A DNA stretch of 63,392 nt, counting the filler, from Olpidium bornovanus S191 (lineage: Eukaryota; Fungi; Olpidiomycota), in the NCBI GenBank assembly GCA_017911155.1. It is 31 parts of 31 records of this genome, joined end to end, with 100 filler letters (N's around TTAATTAATTAA, not from the genome) between each part and the next. Parts side by side here need not be neighbours in the genome. Positions count along the whole stretch, not along the records: positions 34,486 to 38,683 come from JAEFCI010000481.1; positions 38,784 to 40,936 come from JAEFCI010011646.1; positions 41,037 to 42,417 come from JAEFCI010006450.1; positions 42,518 to 45,652 come from JAEFCI010000648.1; positions 45,753 to 49,518 come from JAEFCI010008237.1; 26 more parts are not named here. One strand, 5' to 3'. The translations under genes and the position numbers were made by a program. Positions 37,035 to 49,618 of the stretch are shown one piece after another (position 1 is the first letter of the stretch; each line of letters begins with the position of its first letter). A model generated the notes under the pieces. The model saw nothing but the letters and a program-made list of their open reading frames with translations. It had not been told where the DNA came from and searched no databases.

Positions 37035-37771
37035 GAAGCGCGCACTTATCTCCCCGGGCTATGGTCCCCCGCCTTTTCGTCGGTCCCTGGTCTCTGACTT
37101 TTCTTTTTTTTTTTTCAGACTTCGTTTTTTCCGCGTTCCGAAGTTATAGCCGGCATTTGTGTTCGCCAACGGCAGCCAAACATCTCACCACCAACCCACC
37201 CCCCTTTTTTCTCCCGTCCCTCCGCACCTCCCCAAATCGTGCAGCTCGCTTTTCTTTTTTTTGCATTGTCTACCCTACATTTTCCCTTTAAAGGAATCCT
37301 ATTTAGCGACAACGACTGCGGCTTCCGAGGGTCGTTGCGGTCGCGCGGAAGTGCGTGATGTACGCGCGCGCGTGTGGCTTCTGCTCGGGGGCCGAGGCCG
37401 GGGCGAGGATCCGGTTGCTTCCCCCCCTCCCCCCTATCCTCTCCGAGTCGCTCCGGAATTTTTTTTCTTCCGCGGAACCTCCACCGTGGTTACCTACGCG
37501 ACCGACCGCCCGAGAAAACAGAAACCAAAGAAAACCTTTCTTCCCAACCCCCCCCCCCCCCAAAAAAAAAAAAAAAAAAAAACCCTTCCCCCCCCCCCCC
37601 CCCCCCCTCAAAAAAAAAAAAATCCCCCGCTTGAACCTCCTATCGAACACGCCCACACCCACACGCAAACACCCCCTCGCCCCCGAGAAAAAAGCCGGGG
37701 AGGAGGAAGGGCACGCACACACAAGCGGCGGAAAAACAAAAAAAAAAAAAAAAAAGGAAAAGAAACCCCGC

Positions 37772-38563
37772 ATGGGCAGCAGAAAGCGCGGGGTGCCGCG
37801 ATTGAGGTCACGCACCGTGTGGGCGCTCGCGCTGTTCCTCCTCGTCTTGGGACCTTTTGGCGGGCCCTCGGACGCGCGGCCGTCGCCGATCCGAAGGGAA
37901 GAGCCAGGTGTCGGAGAGATCAACTACGCGAAGGCGGCGAATGCGGATGAGGGCGCGGCGGGAGAAGCGGACGCCGGCGGGCCGGTCGGGACCGGGATCC
38001 CGCGGGAGCTGGGCGGGAACGGGCGAGGGGGCGTCGACGGGCACTCGCTGAAGATGGTCGTCTACGGCAAGGGCATCCGGCACTTCAAATGCGTGCCGCC
38101 GCCGGGCGCTTCCGCCGCGGCCTCCGGTTCCGGCGCGGCGGACAACGGCACGGCCGTTTCGGGGCCCGCGGCGGCGGCGGCGGCGGCGGCGGGCGGCGCG
38201 TGGGCGTACGTGGGCGCGACGGGGCGCGTCTTCGACGACGCCGGGTACGTCGTGCGGACGGGGCAGCTCGCCTGCTCGGCCACGACGCCGGCCGCGCCCG
38301 GCGGGGAGGCCTCGGAGGTGTGCACGTGGGTGTCGGCGCGGGACGGCAGCCTGGTCACGGCGCGCTTGTCGAAGACGGCGGCGTCTCCGAGCGGGGAAGA
38401 CGCGGAATGGGCGGCGAGCACCAGAGTCGCCGGCGGGACCGCCGGGATAATGTCCGGAGTGACGATGGTCTTCACCACCATAACTGCCGGAGGTGGGGAA
38501 TTTTTTTTTTTTTTTTTTTTTTTGGTGAAGGGGGGTTGGGGGTGGCCGAGACTCAAACACGGC

Positions 38564-38605
<42 letters not shown>

Positions 38606-38683
38606 CTGTCTCTGTCTCTCTCTCCCTCTCTGCGACTCTGTGCCGCAGGGACGCCTCCGCCGGCGATCCGGTGCGACGCCTCC
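37772..38683 (+). CDS. Secreted DUF3455-like protein, 3' truncated
   Basis: Exons 37772-38492 and 38649-end. Signal-peptide-like VWALALFLLVLGPFGGPSDA, then LKMVVYGKGIRHFKC, WAYVGATGRVFD, WVSARDGSLV, GIMSGVTMVFTTITAGG|TPP...C follow the recalled DUF3455 pattern (GxGxQxYxC...GAxAxLxD...GxLSxVxxVxRxxTxGGxxP..C). Confidence 0.7.
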
Positions 38684-39048
38684 NNNNNNNNNNNNNNNNN
38701 NNNNNNNNNNNNNNNNNNNNNNNNNNNTTAATTAATTAANNNNNNNNNNNNNNNNNNNNNNNNNNNNNNNNNNNNNNNNNNNNCCCTCTCCTGGGTGATT
38801 GTCCCTCCACACCGGCTGCGAGACTCCCGCAGTTTGCTCGCGGCCGCAGCTGCGTGCGTTGCCGATCGGCCGACGCCAGAACATCAATGCAATCTGCGCG
38901 GGCGGATGATCCGGTTCATCCATTACGCGTGGAGGTTACGCACCGTCCACGAGGACGGAAGCACCGAAACCTGCGTCGCCCATCTCCAGTCAGTTCTGGT
39001 CCCTTTTTCATACTGCAACTCCACTTTGATAGATAACCTCTTCCACGT

Positions 39049-39921
39049 TTGCTGGCAACCATTGACGCCTTCCTCCAGGTCATGAATCGTCCAACCTCCT
39101 TTTGGCTTCCCGCGGATCTTCGCAATCTGGAATTCTTGTTCTTGCCGTCAGACACGCAGTATTGTGGCCCCGGCGGCCCCGACGATCGCGACTACGATCC
39201 GCGCCACGCTCCCGTCGCCGACGACAGCTATATTCAGGTCCGCGTTCTCATGCGCCCAGTTTCTCCGCCGCAGCTAGACGCCGAGCTCGCAGACAATGCC
39301 CCGGCAGCCATTTCTCCCCGCGCCCGGAACTCCTGGTTCCCCGAGCTCCGCCAAAGTGCCGAGTCCTATAATTTTCTCCGTCGGCTTGCGGTCGCACGAG
39401 AGGACCCTCCCATCAACATGTCCCGGGTCGACCAGGGCCAAACGCGCTCACGAAATTTTCTCTTCTCAGACATTTGGCGGGCCGTTCCGCACGACGACGA
39501 CGACAATCCCGAGAGAGGCGGCAGGGACGAGGGCGCCCCTCCCCCTTTGGATCGCGTCATGTGGTCGCAGGCTCGCGCCAACCACGCTTCCACGTCAACG
39601 ACCAGACATGCGCCTGCCCCGGCAACATCCGGCTCCCCCTCTGCCTCCACAACAAGTTGCAGGATCGCGACTGCCACCACCCCCAGCAGTCATCGTAGCA
39701 CGCGGTCGCGGACAACCGCCGCAGTCGCCCTTCTTTCGTCGACTTCCGCCTCTTCGGTCCCCGTGCCCCTTGCTACCAGCGAGCCTTCCTCGGTGGCCGC
39801 GCCCGCGCTGTCATCTGCCAGCGGGTCTTCCTCGGCGACCGTTGCTCCCGGCGGGTCTTCCTCCAGTGGCAACACATCGGCTCCTGGCTCGGCGGCAGCT
39901 GACACGCCGCCCGCTCCGTAG
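39049..39921 (+). CDS. Hypothetical ORF, possibly transposon-derived
   Basis: Intronless 290-codon frame with an acidic N-half and Ser/Thr/Ala tail. The upstream frame is broken. No family recognised. Confidence 0.25.
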   Translation: MLATIDAFLQVMNRPTSFWLPADLRNLEFLFLPSDTQYCGPGGPDDRDYDPRHAPVADDSYIQVRVLMRPVSPPQLDAELADNAPAAISPRARNSWFPELRQSAESYNFLRRLAVAREDPPINMSRVDQGQTRSRNFLFSDIWRAVPHDDDDNPERGGRDEGAPPPLDRVMWSQARANHASTSTTRHAPAPATSGSPSASTTSCRIATATTPSSHRSTRSRTTAAVALLSSTSASSVPVPLATSEPSSVAAPALSSASGSSSATVAPGGSSSSGNTSAPGSAAADTPPAP

Positions 39922-40473
39922 TCGCAACGCCACTCCCTTTTTCCCTTCCTTCCAGAGGGAAACGAAATAATAAAAAAAAGCGTGAGTATGGTGGAATTTC
40001 AAAATCAAGTTTTGGAATTTGGTCTTGGCATTTGATAGTTGAAACTTGGTCGCCCTGCCTCCTTCATTTGAGATCCCCGCCATCCCTTCCTTGCCTTCAA
40101 CCTGACGTTTGGAGCCTCGAGGCGCCACACTCCCTCTCGTCAACCTAACCGTCCATAACGCTGCAGATAGCACTGTCAGCAAACGTGGTCGACGAGCGAG
40201 TATGGTCCGGTCCCGAGTGCGTCCTCCGGCAATCTTCCGCGTCCCACGCTGCACGATTTTTTTTATTTGTCCCGTGTCTCCCTATGGGTATCCAACGATC
40301 ATAGACTGCCCACGTATCCTTGACGAGGAATCAGGGCGTTGTAGTTCAAATGCGCTCGTCGTGTATTAATCGTGCATCCTTGAGCGCAGGTCTGTTTCTT
40401 CTTCGTCACGTCCCAACTCGTCTTCTTCGCTGAGCTCCGCCTCCAGTTGGGTTGGTTCCATTCGCATCTCACC

Positions 40474-40720
40474 AGTTCGACGGCAGAACAGCCAGATTCG
40501 AGTTCTCGAATATCGAGTCTTCAACGGGGGTCCATCCAGCTCAGGAAGGACTTAAGTTCGAGTGTCTCGGTTTACTTTGTCCACAACATAAGGCCCAAAC
40601 CACCGAGGCAAGAGCTTCCACTCTGTCCGAAACGCGTTGAATATTCGATCATTTCGCACTAAGACCCACTCTCCGGGTTCAATGGTTTGTTCCCGTGTCG
40701 TTCGGGCTGAGTCCACCTGT
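40474..40720 (-). pseudogene. Decayed Ty3/gypsy integrase C-terminal region
   Basis: EWVLVRNDRIFNAFRTEWKLLPRWFGPYVVDKVNRDTRT*VLPELDGPPLKTRY matches the gypsy VLV...KLxPRWxGPY...YxLxELDG pattern. It carries a stop and an upstream frameshift. Confidence 0.7.
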
Positions 40721-41042
40721 TGTGATTAGCATGTATATGCGCTGCGCAACCATGGTCATGCTCTGGGAAACATTTTATATGTATTAAGTGTTCTTCATTG
40801 CTTTCCTGATTTTCTCGGTCCTCCTGTTTTTTGATTTTTCCACTATTCTGATTGGTTGTTATGGGCGAGTTATCATAGTTACCATTGGTTACCACTGCGT
40901 TGGTAAACAGGGGGGGGGGGCCAAACGCGTTTAGAGNNNNNNNNNNNNNNNNNNNNNNNNNNNNNNNNNNNNNNNNNNNNTTAATTAATTAANNNNNNNN
41001 NNNNNNNNNNNNNNNNNNNNNNNNNNNNNNNNNNNNGGATTT

Positions 41043-41083
<41 letters not shown>

Positions 41084-41776
41084 GTTTTTCCTTTTTCCGG
41101 TTTGAACCCCGCCGCGTCGTCTTCGCGCTGCCCTGCGACGATCGGCGTTACAGCGCCCGCCCCAACATGACGCTACCGGCCACGACCGTGAGCGCCCCCG
41201 GAGAAGGCCACCGGGACAAGGCCCCGCCGGCTGGCGTCGGATCGGCGCTGCCGGGCACCGTGTCACCGCAGGCTGGTAGGGGAAGATCATCCCTGCGCCC
41301 TTGCGGACCCTTTCCCCCACCTCGGGGGACGACCAACTCGGGCGGGTCCTTTCGGGGGCGTGTTTCCCGATCGTGAACTCTTCGTATCTCCGGCTGAAGC
41401 CTCGGACGGACCTCCCCTCCCCCCAACCGCGGAATCCCTGAAGCGACAGTTCCTCTCTCCAACGACTTCGTGCGGAGGAAGAACAAGTCCCCCGGCAAGG
41501 CCGGAGGTCCGAACGTCCCCAGCCGCGCGTCGGCGCATCTGATCAGGGACGCAGCCGGGTTGCCGGAAGGCGTCCTGCCGAAAATCTCCGACCGCGGAGC
41601 CGAGAAGGTAGTGGAAAAGGGGGGGGGGGGAGGGAGGCGATGGAGAACCTATGCCGACTGAGCGCTTGCGGCTTTTGGGACTCGGGCGGTTTTTTTTTGG
41701 CGCTCGACCCTTCTAGTTTATCCTGGCGCTGATCTAAAAAGAACCCCTCGCGCGGGGTGCGTTTTTTTTTTTTTCC

Positions 41777-42417
41777 TTGAAGGGGTACGCCTCACAGCGT
41801 CGCAAATCTCCCCGATCTCGATCGCCCGTGAGATTTGCGCAGGCCGCGGATGGGAAGGACGAAGCCCCGTATATCACGGCTTCGGAGCTTCTCCCTCGGC
41901 TGCATCAATCTGGGCGGTCCCCGGTTTTCTCGACAAGGTCGGGGGAACCAGGCCAGGACGACGCGGCAATCACCCGCCAGAGGGAGAAAGCCTCGCTAGG
42001 GCAGCCCAAGAGCGGTCAGCCGCAGGAGGCCAACCCGGCGGTCAGGTCCGGCGGAAGCGTAAGGGAGCGTCAGGCCCTTTCGGAAACGGACGGAGCGATC
42101 GAGGAGTTCGAACGGCGGCATTTCCGCGCCGGCGACATGCTCGACGAGGAGGCCGAGACCTGCGACAGCTGGCACGTCGAACTGTCGGCCGCCCGCGACG
42201 CCGTGCCCGACGAGCAGCGCAGGCTGGCGATGGCCAGGGAGGTGAAGAAGGCAATCGCCGAATTCGAAAAGCGCAACGCGAAGTTCGCGTTTTCGCCGTC
42301 CTCGGACACGGACGAGGAGTCTGAGGCAGGCGAAGCGGACGTGCCGGCAAAAAATGTCATACCTCCAGCACAAATCAAAAGCTTCCTCGCCGTTCAAGCG
42401 GGGATGGACTCCATGGA
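41777..42417 (+). CDS. Hypothetical protein exon (charged, low complexity), 3' truncated
   Basis: Open frame to the contig end with protein-like composition (AREVKKAIAEFEKRNAKF). No family recognised. Confidence 0.35.
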
Positions 42418-44974
42418 NNNNNNNNNNNNNNNNNNNNNNNNNNNNNNNNNNNNNNNNNNNNTTAATTAATTAANNNNNNNNNNNNNNNNNNNNNNNNNNN
42501 NNNNNNNNNNNNNNNNNACATGTATTATATAGCTTTATTTCCTTTCTCTCGTTTGAATCCTGGGCGGTTAGTTGGAACCCCACAATGTTGTACGCTGTAC
42601 TTTACGTGTTCTCTCTCTTCTGAATACACCGTCCACCGCGGCGAAAAACACATAACTCTCACACTAATCATTATGCGAGAACCACACCAGAGTCGGCGTC
42701 TGTTAGTTGACCATCGTTTCGTCGTCTTGAACCTCACCAGCCGTACCAGCTTACAACAAGTGAGCTCAAGAGCACGCTTTCGGTGGGCTTCTTGCATGAG
42801 TAGAAATGACATCATTCCGTACATTTTATATCTATTACCCAAGCAAAAGAGAAAATGCGGAAAAAAAGTAAATATTTTATCGCCTAAAAGCTAAATTGTT
42901 GTTGGAGGTATCTGTCCACGGTGGTGGTCGGGGATGTGCCAAATTGTGCACACCATCAGACCTGTTAGTGCCCAATAGTTGGGTCCACCCGTGTTACTCT
43001 GTAGCGCCATTGCATGGATGTGTATCGCCAGCATGCGTCCCTAACAACCCTCGCACCAAGTCAACACATTGGCACGATTTGTTCTGAGAGATTGCGGACA
43101 TCAGGACAGGAAGGACCGCAGTCAGCCGGTAATACATTTCGCAAGGGGCCGCCTGCGCAGCCCGAGACCCGGTTTCAGCCGGAAATCCTGGGGTGAATGG
43201 GAGTAGCCACTTTAACGGAGTTCCCCACCATCTACCTCCCCTCCCCACCCACCATTCCGCCCCAACGCCACACCACTGCGCGGCAAAACCTATTGAAAGC
43301 GCGAGAGGGACAAGACGGGCATTTATCCGCAGGTTAGCCTAATAGCCAGTTACAAAGCCTTCCCAGCTTTTCCTTTTTTCTGAGGAACACTCAAATGCCA
43401 TCCCAGACGGGACTTCTGAAATCGTAATTGCAATATATAGTTATGGAGTAATTAATGAATTAAATATCGTAATAAGTTTGAAAGCGCAATTCAGCTCGGG
43501 GACGCAGAAACCGGCCTCCCAGAACGGGAAGCTTTAAGGAACAGCATCTTCATTGGAAGCGCGTTCCGGGAGCTGATACAACAAATATTTCCCCTCGATG
43601 GATGGGTCAAGTTTGCCGCGGCTGGAATCACTTCATGACAATTAGCATGTTTGCGTTTAAACAGCGGAAATATGTGTTCCGAGCTTCTTTTGTAACCTGA
43701 ACTTTGAAATGGCAATGGAGCTGAGAAGAAGAAAGCAAACAGCCGGAAAAGTGCGAAAAGAGCAAATGGCCGCCAACCATGCCAGCAACTGGAAAAACAA
43801 AAGGAAATGGCCGGGCAAGTAGGAAAGCGAGGGAAAGAAATAAAAATAGCTGGAAATTACGAACGCAGGCCCAATTCACAAAATAATTGCACATGAGGGT
43901 CCCCAATTTCGCAATAAATTACACAAGTTGCCCAGTCCCATTAATGACATGCTATGCTGCGCATCGCGCAAGGGATAGCCGCCTTCGCCGTGGTTCAACG
44001 CGGCACAGCAGGCCTTTGTTGACATCAGCGTGCCACGCTTACCCGCTGCTCTGCGATTTCTCGCTGCTCCCAACAGTGCGACACGCAGCAACGCACGGAC
44101 GCGCAGCAACCCCATCCACCCACATCAACGTGCTTTGCCCTGCCCGCCGCCGACGTCCACAAGAAAGTGCGACGCGCAGCGCAGCCAGAGCCAGCCTTCG
44201 CCGCTGTCAGGAAACTCAGGGAATCGCCTGCTGAGCTCCTGCTGAGGACCTGCTAAGGAGGTGCAAGCGGGGTATGGCCTGGAGGGGTCTCCTGGTTCGT
44301 CAGTGAGCTCGTGCGACCGACCGCGTGGAAGCTCGATCAAACTGTTGAGGGAACGCTCGAGAGAGCCACACGCTGCGGCATCGACCGTGCGCAGGTGACG
44401 TCCCTCTGTGGGAAGTGCACAGGGAGCACTTCCAGTCGTTCGATTTTTTTTCTGTGGGAACTGTTCCCAGTGATTTTTGTTACTAGATTGCCCGCCCTTT
44501 TCGTAAATTGAAGATAGGGGTCGTCGAAATGCTCAACGAACGAAAGGAAAATGAAATGAACAAAGAAACGTGCGAAGGATTGTGTGACGATGGCCTCTAG
44601 CGACCTACTGGTGAAGTCCACCGCGAAGGAAATATTCGATGCAATAGGGCCACGGAACAGAAAATGATGTGGTGTAGGAATGATGACCTCTAATCACCGG
44701 ACTACTGCGAAATAAAGGATAGGTACGCAGCAAGAAAGCGAGGATATCGCCACCAGGCGCACCATATCATCAAAACAGGCATCGGGACTTTGACCACCAC
44801 GAGACTCCTTGGCCATGATGATCCTCTCCATGACATTTGCCAGTTTGTCCCTTTTCTCCCTGAGGTCTTGGGGGTTGTCTGAAAGCACCATGTCAGCTAT
44901 ATTTAGAGCAGTGTAGTGGACACTCTATTATTCCCTTATTCCTCCGCCCAACACACCGCTTTTCCATCGGTGTA

Positions 44975-45150
44975 CCGCTTGATCTCGATGCCCTCCCTTT
45001 GATCTCGATGCCTCCCGCTCGATCTCAAGGCTTTCCGTTCGCTCTCAACGCTTCCGTTCAATCTCGAGACCTCTCGCTCGGCCTCGAAGCCCTTCGCTCG
45101 ATCTCAATGCTTTTGCCTGACTTCGATAACCCCGCTTGAGCTCGATGTAC
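44975..45150. repeat. Degenerate ~20-bp minisatellite, about 9 units
   Basis: Core GATCTCGATG variants at 44981, 45001, 45021, 45041, 45060, 45080, 45100, 45119 and 45138. Confidence 0.85.
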
Positions 45151-47089
45151 CGCCCGCCTCTCTTTATTGTTGGGCTCCAATCGAAGGGGCCTCCGTACGT
45201 AAACCCCTGGTGCCCCCCCTTCTAATAAACACAAGAAACCTTCGCCGAAACCACGCACACCACAACAAAGTGGGGAATCCGAGGACGAGCCCTCCCCCTT
45301 TCCTCTCGGCGTCGTTTTAAGCTCTCCCGTCGCTCCCCCAAGCCATCCCATCCTCCGCTCCATCCCCTGCCCTCCGTCGATTGGCCTCCCCGCTTGGCCT
45401 TTGATTTGCGCATGCCCTCGCCTCGCCGCTGCCGCCGCCGCGGCTCCGGGACGCCCGCGCCTGACCCCGGTACGTTCGCCGTCGAACCGCCATAGACCGC
45501 CCTCCTCTTGGCGGTCCTTTCAACCGTGCCGAAGGCAACGCCGTCGACCGCCCTCGCCACGACCGCTCTCGCCCCGGCCGTCTCCCTCGGTGAGGTAGAC
45601 GCGCTCGCGGCCGCCGCTGCAATACCGCTTCCCGCAGACGAGCCGATGCTCGNNNNNNNNNNNNNNNNNNNNNNNNNNNNNNNNNNNNNNNNNNNNTTAA
45701 TTAATTAANNNNNNNNNNNNNNNNNNNNNNNNNNNNNNNNNNNNNNNNNNNNCATGACTATGGAGGCCGATGCCGGGGACGTCTGGGAGAAGTACAGGGG
45801 AGTGGTAAGTGCCGCTGTCAAATGGAGCTTACGGTGCCGAGTTGGGCTGCGTGGCAGGTTGTGATATTCTGGACGCCGAAACGGATTCCCTTCTTCGGTG
45901 AACGAGCAGAACGGGATTGAAACCACGGAGAGGTCCGCGTCGGCCATCCTGCAGAGGGCAGAGTTTCCGACGGTACGTTCTGAGACAAGCCTTGCAAGCC
46001 GCGTACCCCTGAGCCGCTCAGATAACTGTGGTATTTCGTATCTAGTTTGGCCAGCGGTCGGAAATTCCGTCGGTAAGGAGCTCGTTCGGGAATAGAAGCT
46101 GCGGGCCAAGATACTCTGTGCTACGCCGCGCACGTGGCCCGAAGTCGCTGATTTTGCTTACTGTAATCCGGTGTTTTCGAATTCAGGCGCCGTACGGTCC
46201 AGGAAACCGGACATCGGCCCCGTATGCTGATGCTGAGGACGCGGAAGTTCTCCAGGCGCTGACTTCACTCCGATCATCGATGAGGCGGCCGATCCCTGCA
46301 AGGCGTGACAGCGCACGAACGGCAGGGGGGTCACGGTACGCCAGGAGAGCGACCTAAAAGGATCTTGCGTGCATCACATTAGTTCGTGACGAGACATTCT
46401 GACCGGCCGCGACCGTGTCCCACGTCTCTCGAATATCGTGTTCAGGCACCACTTCAGGCCGCATTCGCCGCGGCGGTCCAGCTCCGCTTACCGCAGGTAC
46501 TCCCTTCTGACGGCCCGTCTACCGTTTGGCCCACACAGCGCAAGCCGTTACCGGTCAACGGGCGTGTCGTTGACGGCCCCGCCGGCAGTATCATTGCCAC
46601 CGACGAAGCTGTCGCTGGTCGGCAGGCTTGCCGGTTGGGAGTACGGTATCCTCAGCTCGCACGAGAGCCTGCGCAGGCAGGGCGAATGGCTGAGGAATTT
46701 CGTTTCGCATATACAGGCAGGGTGAACCGTGCGAAAAGTGCGGCCGAGCTTTTACCGGTCTGCAGGTGTTTTGTCGCATACATAGGTATCGTGATAATTT
46801 AATTATTATATTATGAGATATACCCCCCTCTCACTTCCCCCTTCCAGGGTGAATCACCGAATGTGCGTCAGACGCCTATGAGCCCTCCGTGGCGGTGTTC
46901 GGCTAAAATCGCCGAGAATGTATTTCTTGGTTTATTGCCCTTGAAGCGGTGGACGTCTCCGCAGTCCAAACGATTCGATTCCCGCTTGAATTTTGCGTGC
47001 TGATTCACATGTTTGGAGGAGGGCGGATACGAGCCAGCCGCCCGCCACACAAGACTACCCAGGTCGTCCGTCATCCTGGCTGACGAAGC

Positions 47090-47790
47090 TCACTGCCGGG
47101 GCCTCTCGATCGCGGCACCCGTCACAGGTTCGGGCCTCGAATCAAAGAGGAGTTTGGTGCGGACAAGCGCGACAACGTCGTACCTCGGGCACGGGTCTGC
47201 TGCGGCGTCGAGCGGCGGTTCCCGCGGCGGCGGTTCGCCGTCCGGGTGCACCCGCATGCCGCCTCCTGATGCCGCCCGGAGAAGGGCGAGCGGCCGCTTC
47301 AGGGCCACGACTTTCCCTTTGAGGAGGTGGTGGCCAATCTGGAGCAACGGCACGCCCTGAAACGGGGGAGACGATGGGCGGGCAGGGTGTGTGCGTGTGC
47401 GTATCAGCCACGCGGTTTACACGCGACAGCGCCAGCCCCGGTCGTCTTTTCCTCGTCCGTGTCCTCCTTCCCCCACCCTTCTCCCCCCCCCCACCCCGCA
47501 CTTCTCACCGCGGCGGTGTAGTCCAGCTCGCCGAGCGTTGCGCCGTCGAGCCCCCCGCCTCCCGCCGTTTCGAGCGAACCTTGCAGCTCGACGATCACGA
47601 CGTCGCTCGGATTGACGTAAGTCGCGAACGCGGTGTTCGCGGCCGCGGCGCCGCCCGCCTCCTCCTCCTCCGCGTTTTCCCGGGCCCGTCGGCAGGCGGC
47701 CTCCTCGCAGGGCGTCCTGCAGTGCGGCGGTATGTCCGACACGTTCAGGCGGAGCCCGGTCGGCTCGAGCGGGATCACGATCTGGACCAT
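47090..47790 (-). CDS. CTF8: Chromosome transmission fidelity protein 8, complete (2 exons, 182 aa)
   Basis: Exons 47790-47509 and 47356-47090. MVQIVI...VIVELQGSLE...LGELDY...|GVPLLQIGHHLLKGKVVALKRPLALL...YDVVALVRTKLLFDSRPEPV. Confidence 0.93.
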
Positions 47791-47893
47791 GCGAAAAGTC
47801 GGGGACGACTGACCGCGGGGAAGACACGAGGGGCAGCTGGGGGATGTTTCTCTTGCTTGGAACGGAGTTTTTTCCTGCCTGTTGTTGGAAAGA

Positions 47894-47903
47894 GTCACGT
47901 GAC
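47894..47903. promoter_or_regulatory. GTCACGTGAC palindrome at the centre of the CTF8/PUS7 bidirectional promoter
   Basis: The divergent ATGs are at 47790 and 48018, midpoint 47904. Confidence 0.65.
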
Positions 47904-48017
47904 CCCCGCGCTTGCCCAACCGGCTTGCTCGGCCCCCAGGCTACCTCGCCGTACGCACAGCACGCAGCCGGAAAAAAAAAAAAAAAAAAAAAAAAAAAGG
48001 AAAAAACCCCGATTACA

Positions 48018-49432
48018 ATGACGCCTTGCATGCTCCGAAGGGACGCGAAGCGGCCGCGGGACGACGCCGATTACGAGAACGCGGAAGGCGGAACTGGAGA
48101 GAACGTTTGGCAGGGGGAGACGGAGGAGGCGGATCGTCCTCGGCGCAAGCTGCGCGTCTGCGGTGCGGAGGGTGCCGACGGAGAGGCTGACAACGCCAAT
48201 CCCAAGGCCGCCCCCGCCGCCGCCCCCGCCGCCCCCGCCGCCGCCCCCGCCACTGCCGCACCCGTCGCGGACGAAAGTCGGTTGAGGATTTGCAAGGACG
48301 AGGACGTTGGCATCCAGGAGTTTGTGGATCACGACGTTCCCGGCTTCTTCGGCGTCATCAAGCAAAGGTACACAACCCCCACAGCGCGCCGGGCGCTGCT
48401 GAGAACGAGTCGTTTCGGTCGACAGGTAGCCAAAACTGCGTCGGCTTCTGCGGCAACCGGGCTTTTTACGCGTGTTCTACGCCGAAATCTCGCCGCGCAG
48501 ATACTCGGATTTTCTTGTCAACGAGGTAGACCCTGACGGCAACGTGGTGCACATCACAGATCTTCCCGTGCGGCCGCTTGCGCCCCCTGCGGAAGCGGAA
48601 GCTGGAAGAAAACCACCCCCGGACGCGCCGAAAATCGTTTCCCCGGAAGCGCCGGGGCTTGTTTGCCCGTTGCAGGTAGAGGGCGAGGTGGAAACTTGGG
48701 ACCTGGAAGCGAAGCGAGCCCAGGAGGTGGCCGAGTCGCTTGAAGAGCTTGAGAAGCTGATTGGAGTGGAACCCGCGGCGGATGTAAAGGAGTTGCTCAA
48801 CAGCGATGGAAAAAAGAGCGCGATACTGCCCAAGGTACCGGTTTCTCTCCAAATTCGCGGCGCAGAGCGAAACGATCGCGAATTCTAAGATGGGGTATTT
48901 TCCACAGGAAGAGGACAAATCGAAGAGGACAGCCATCCACACGTTCTTCAAGAACAATTTCTACGGGCGTCTTGCCACGGAAACACTAGAAGGATGCGTG
49001 AAGGTGTTTCGTTATGGAGAAAAAGGGGGCGACCAGGGAAAGGCCGTCCGGCGACAGAAACGAGTGACGTGGCGCGACCGGGGCGGCGAGTTCTGCCTGT
49101 TCCACCTGCATAAAGAAAACAAGGACACGATGGAGGCAGTCCATCTCCTAGCCAGGACAATGAGGTATGAAGCTCTGGGTCGCTTCTGAGGCCTTCAGCA
49201 TCGCAGATGCGACGTACTTTGGGCACCAAATTTGAGAGTCAATTGTTTTCTGAGTCTTTTGCAACTCCTCACGAATTGGTCTGCTTAGGTTGCCCAACTC
49301 GACCTTTAGTTACGCTGGCACGAAAGATAAGCGTGCCGTGACTGTCCAGCGGGTTACGGCCCATCGTGTCCCCATCGAGCGCCTGGCATCTATGAATAAC
49401 CGCGGTGACGGACTCCGATTGGGAAACTTTAG
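48018..49432 (+). CDS. PUS7: TruD-family pseudouridine synthase, 4 exons, 3' truncated
   Basis: Exons 48018-48367, 48501-48834, 48908-49164 and 49289-49432. EDVGIQEFV...GFFGVIKQR|YSDFLVNEV, KRTAIHTFFK, LHKENKDTMEAV, catalytic YAGTKDKRAVTVQ, LRLGNF. Confidence 0.97.
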
Positions 49433-49618
49433 GTGGCGTTTTCTAAGAAGCGACATTCCTCTAATCCGTCCGTGCTTCTGTCGCGGAACGCCACTGGGCT
49501 CACAGTTTGCACCGCATGNNNNNNNNNNNNNNNNNNNNNNNNNNNNNNNNNNNNNNNNNNNNTTAATTAATTAANNNNNNNNNNNNNNNNNNNNNNNNNN
49601 NNNNNNNNNNNNNNNNNN

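Noticed and set aside
42518-44900. Possible retroelement pol or chromodomain remnants
   Set aside because: I could not read any convincing RT, RNase H or integrase motif in any frame.
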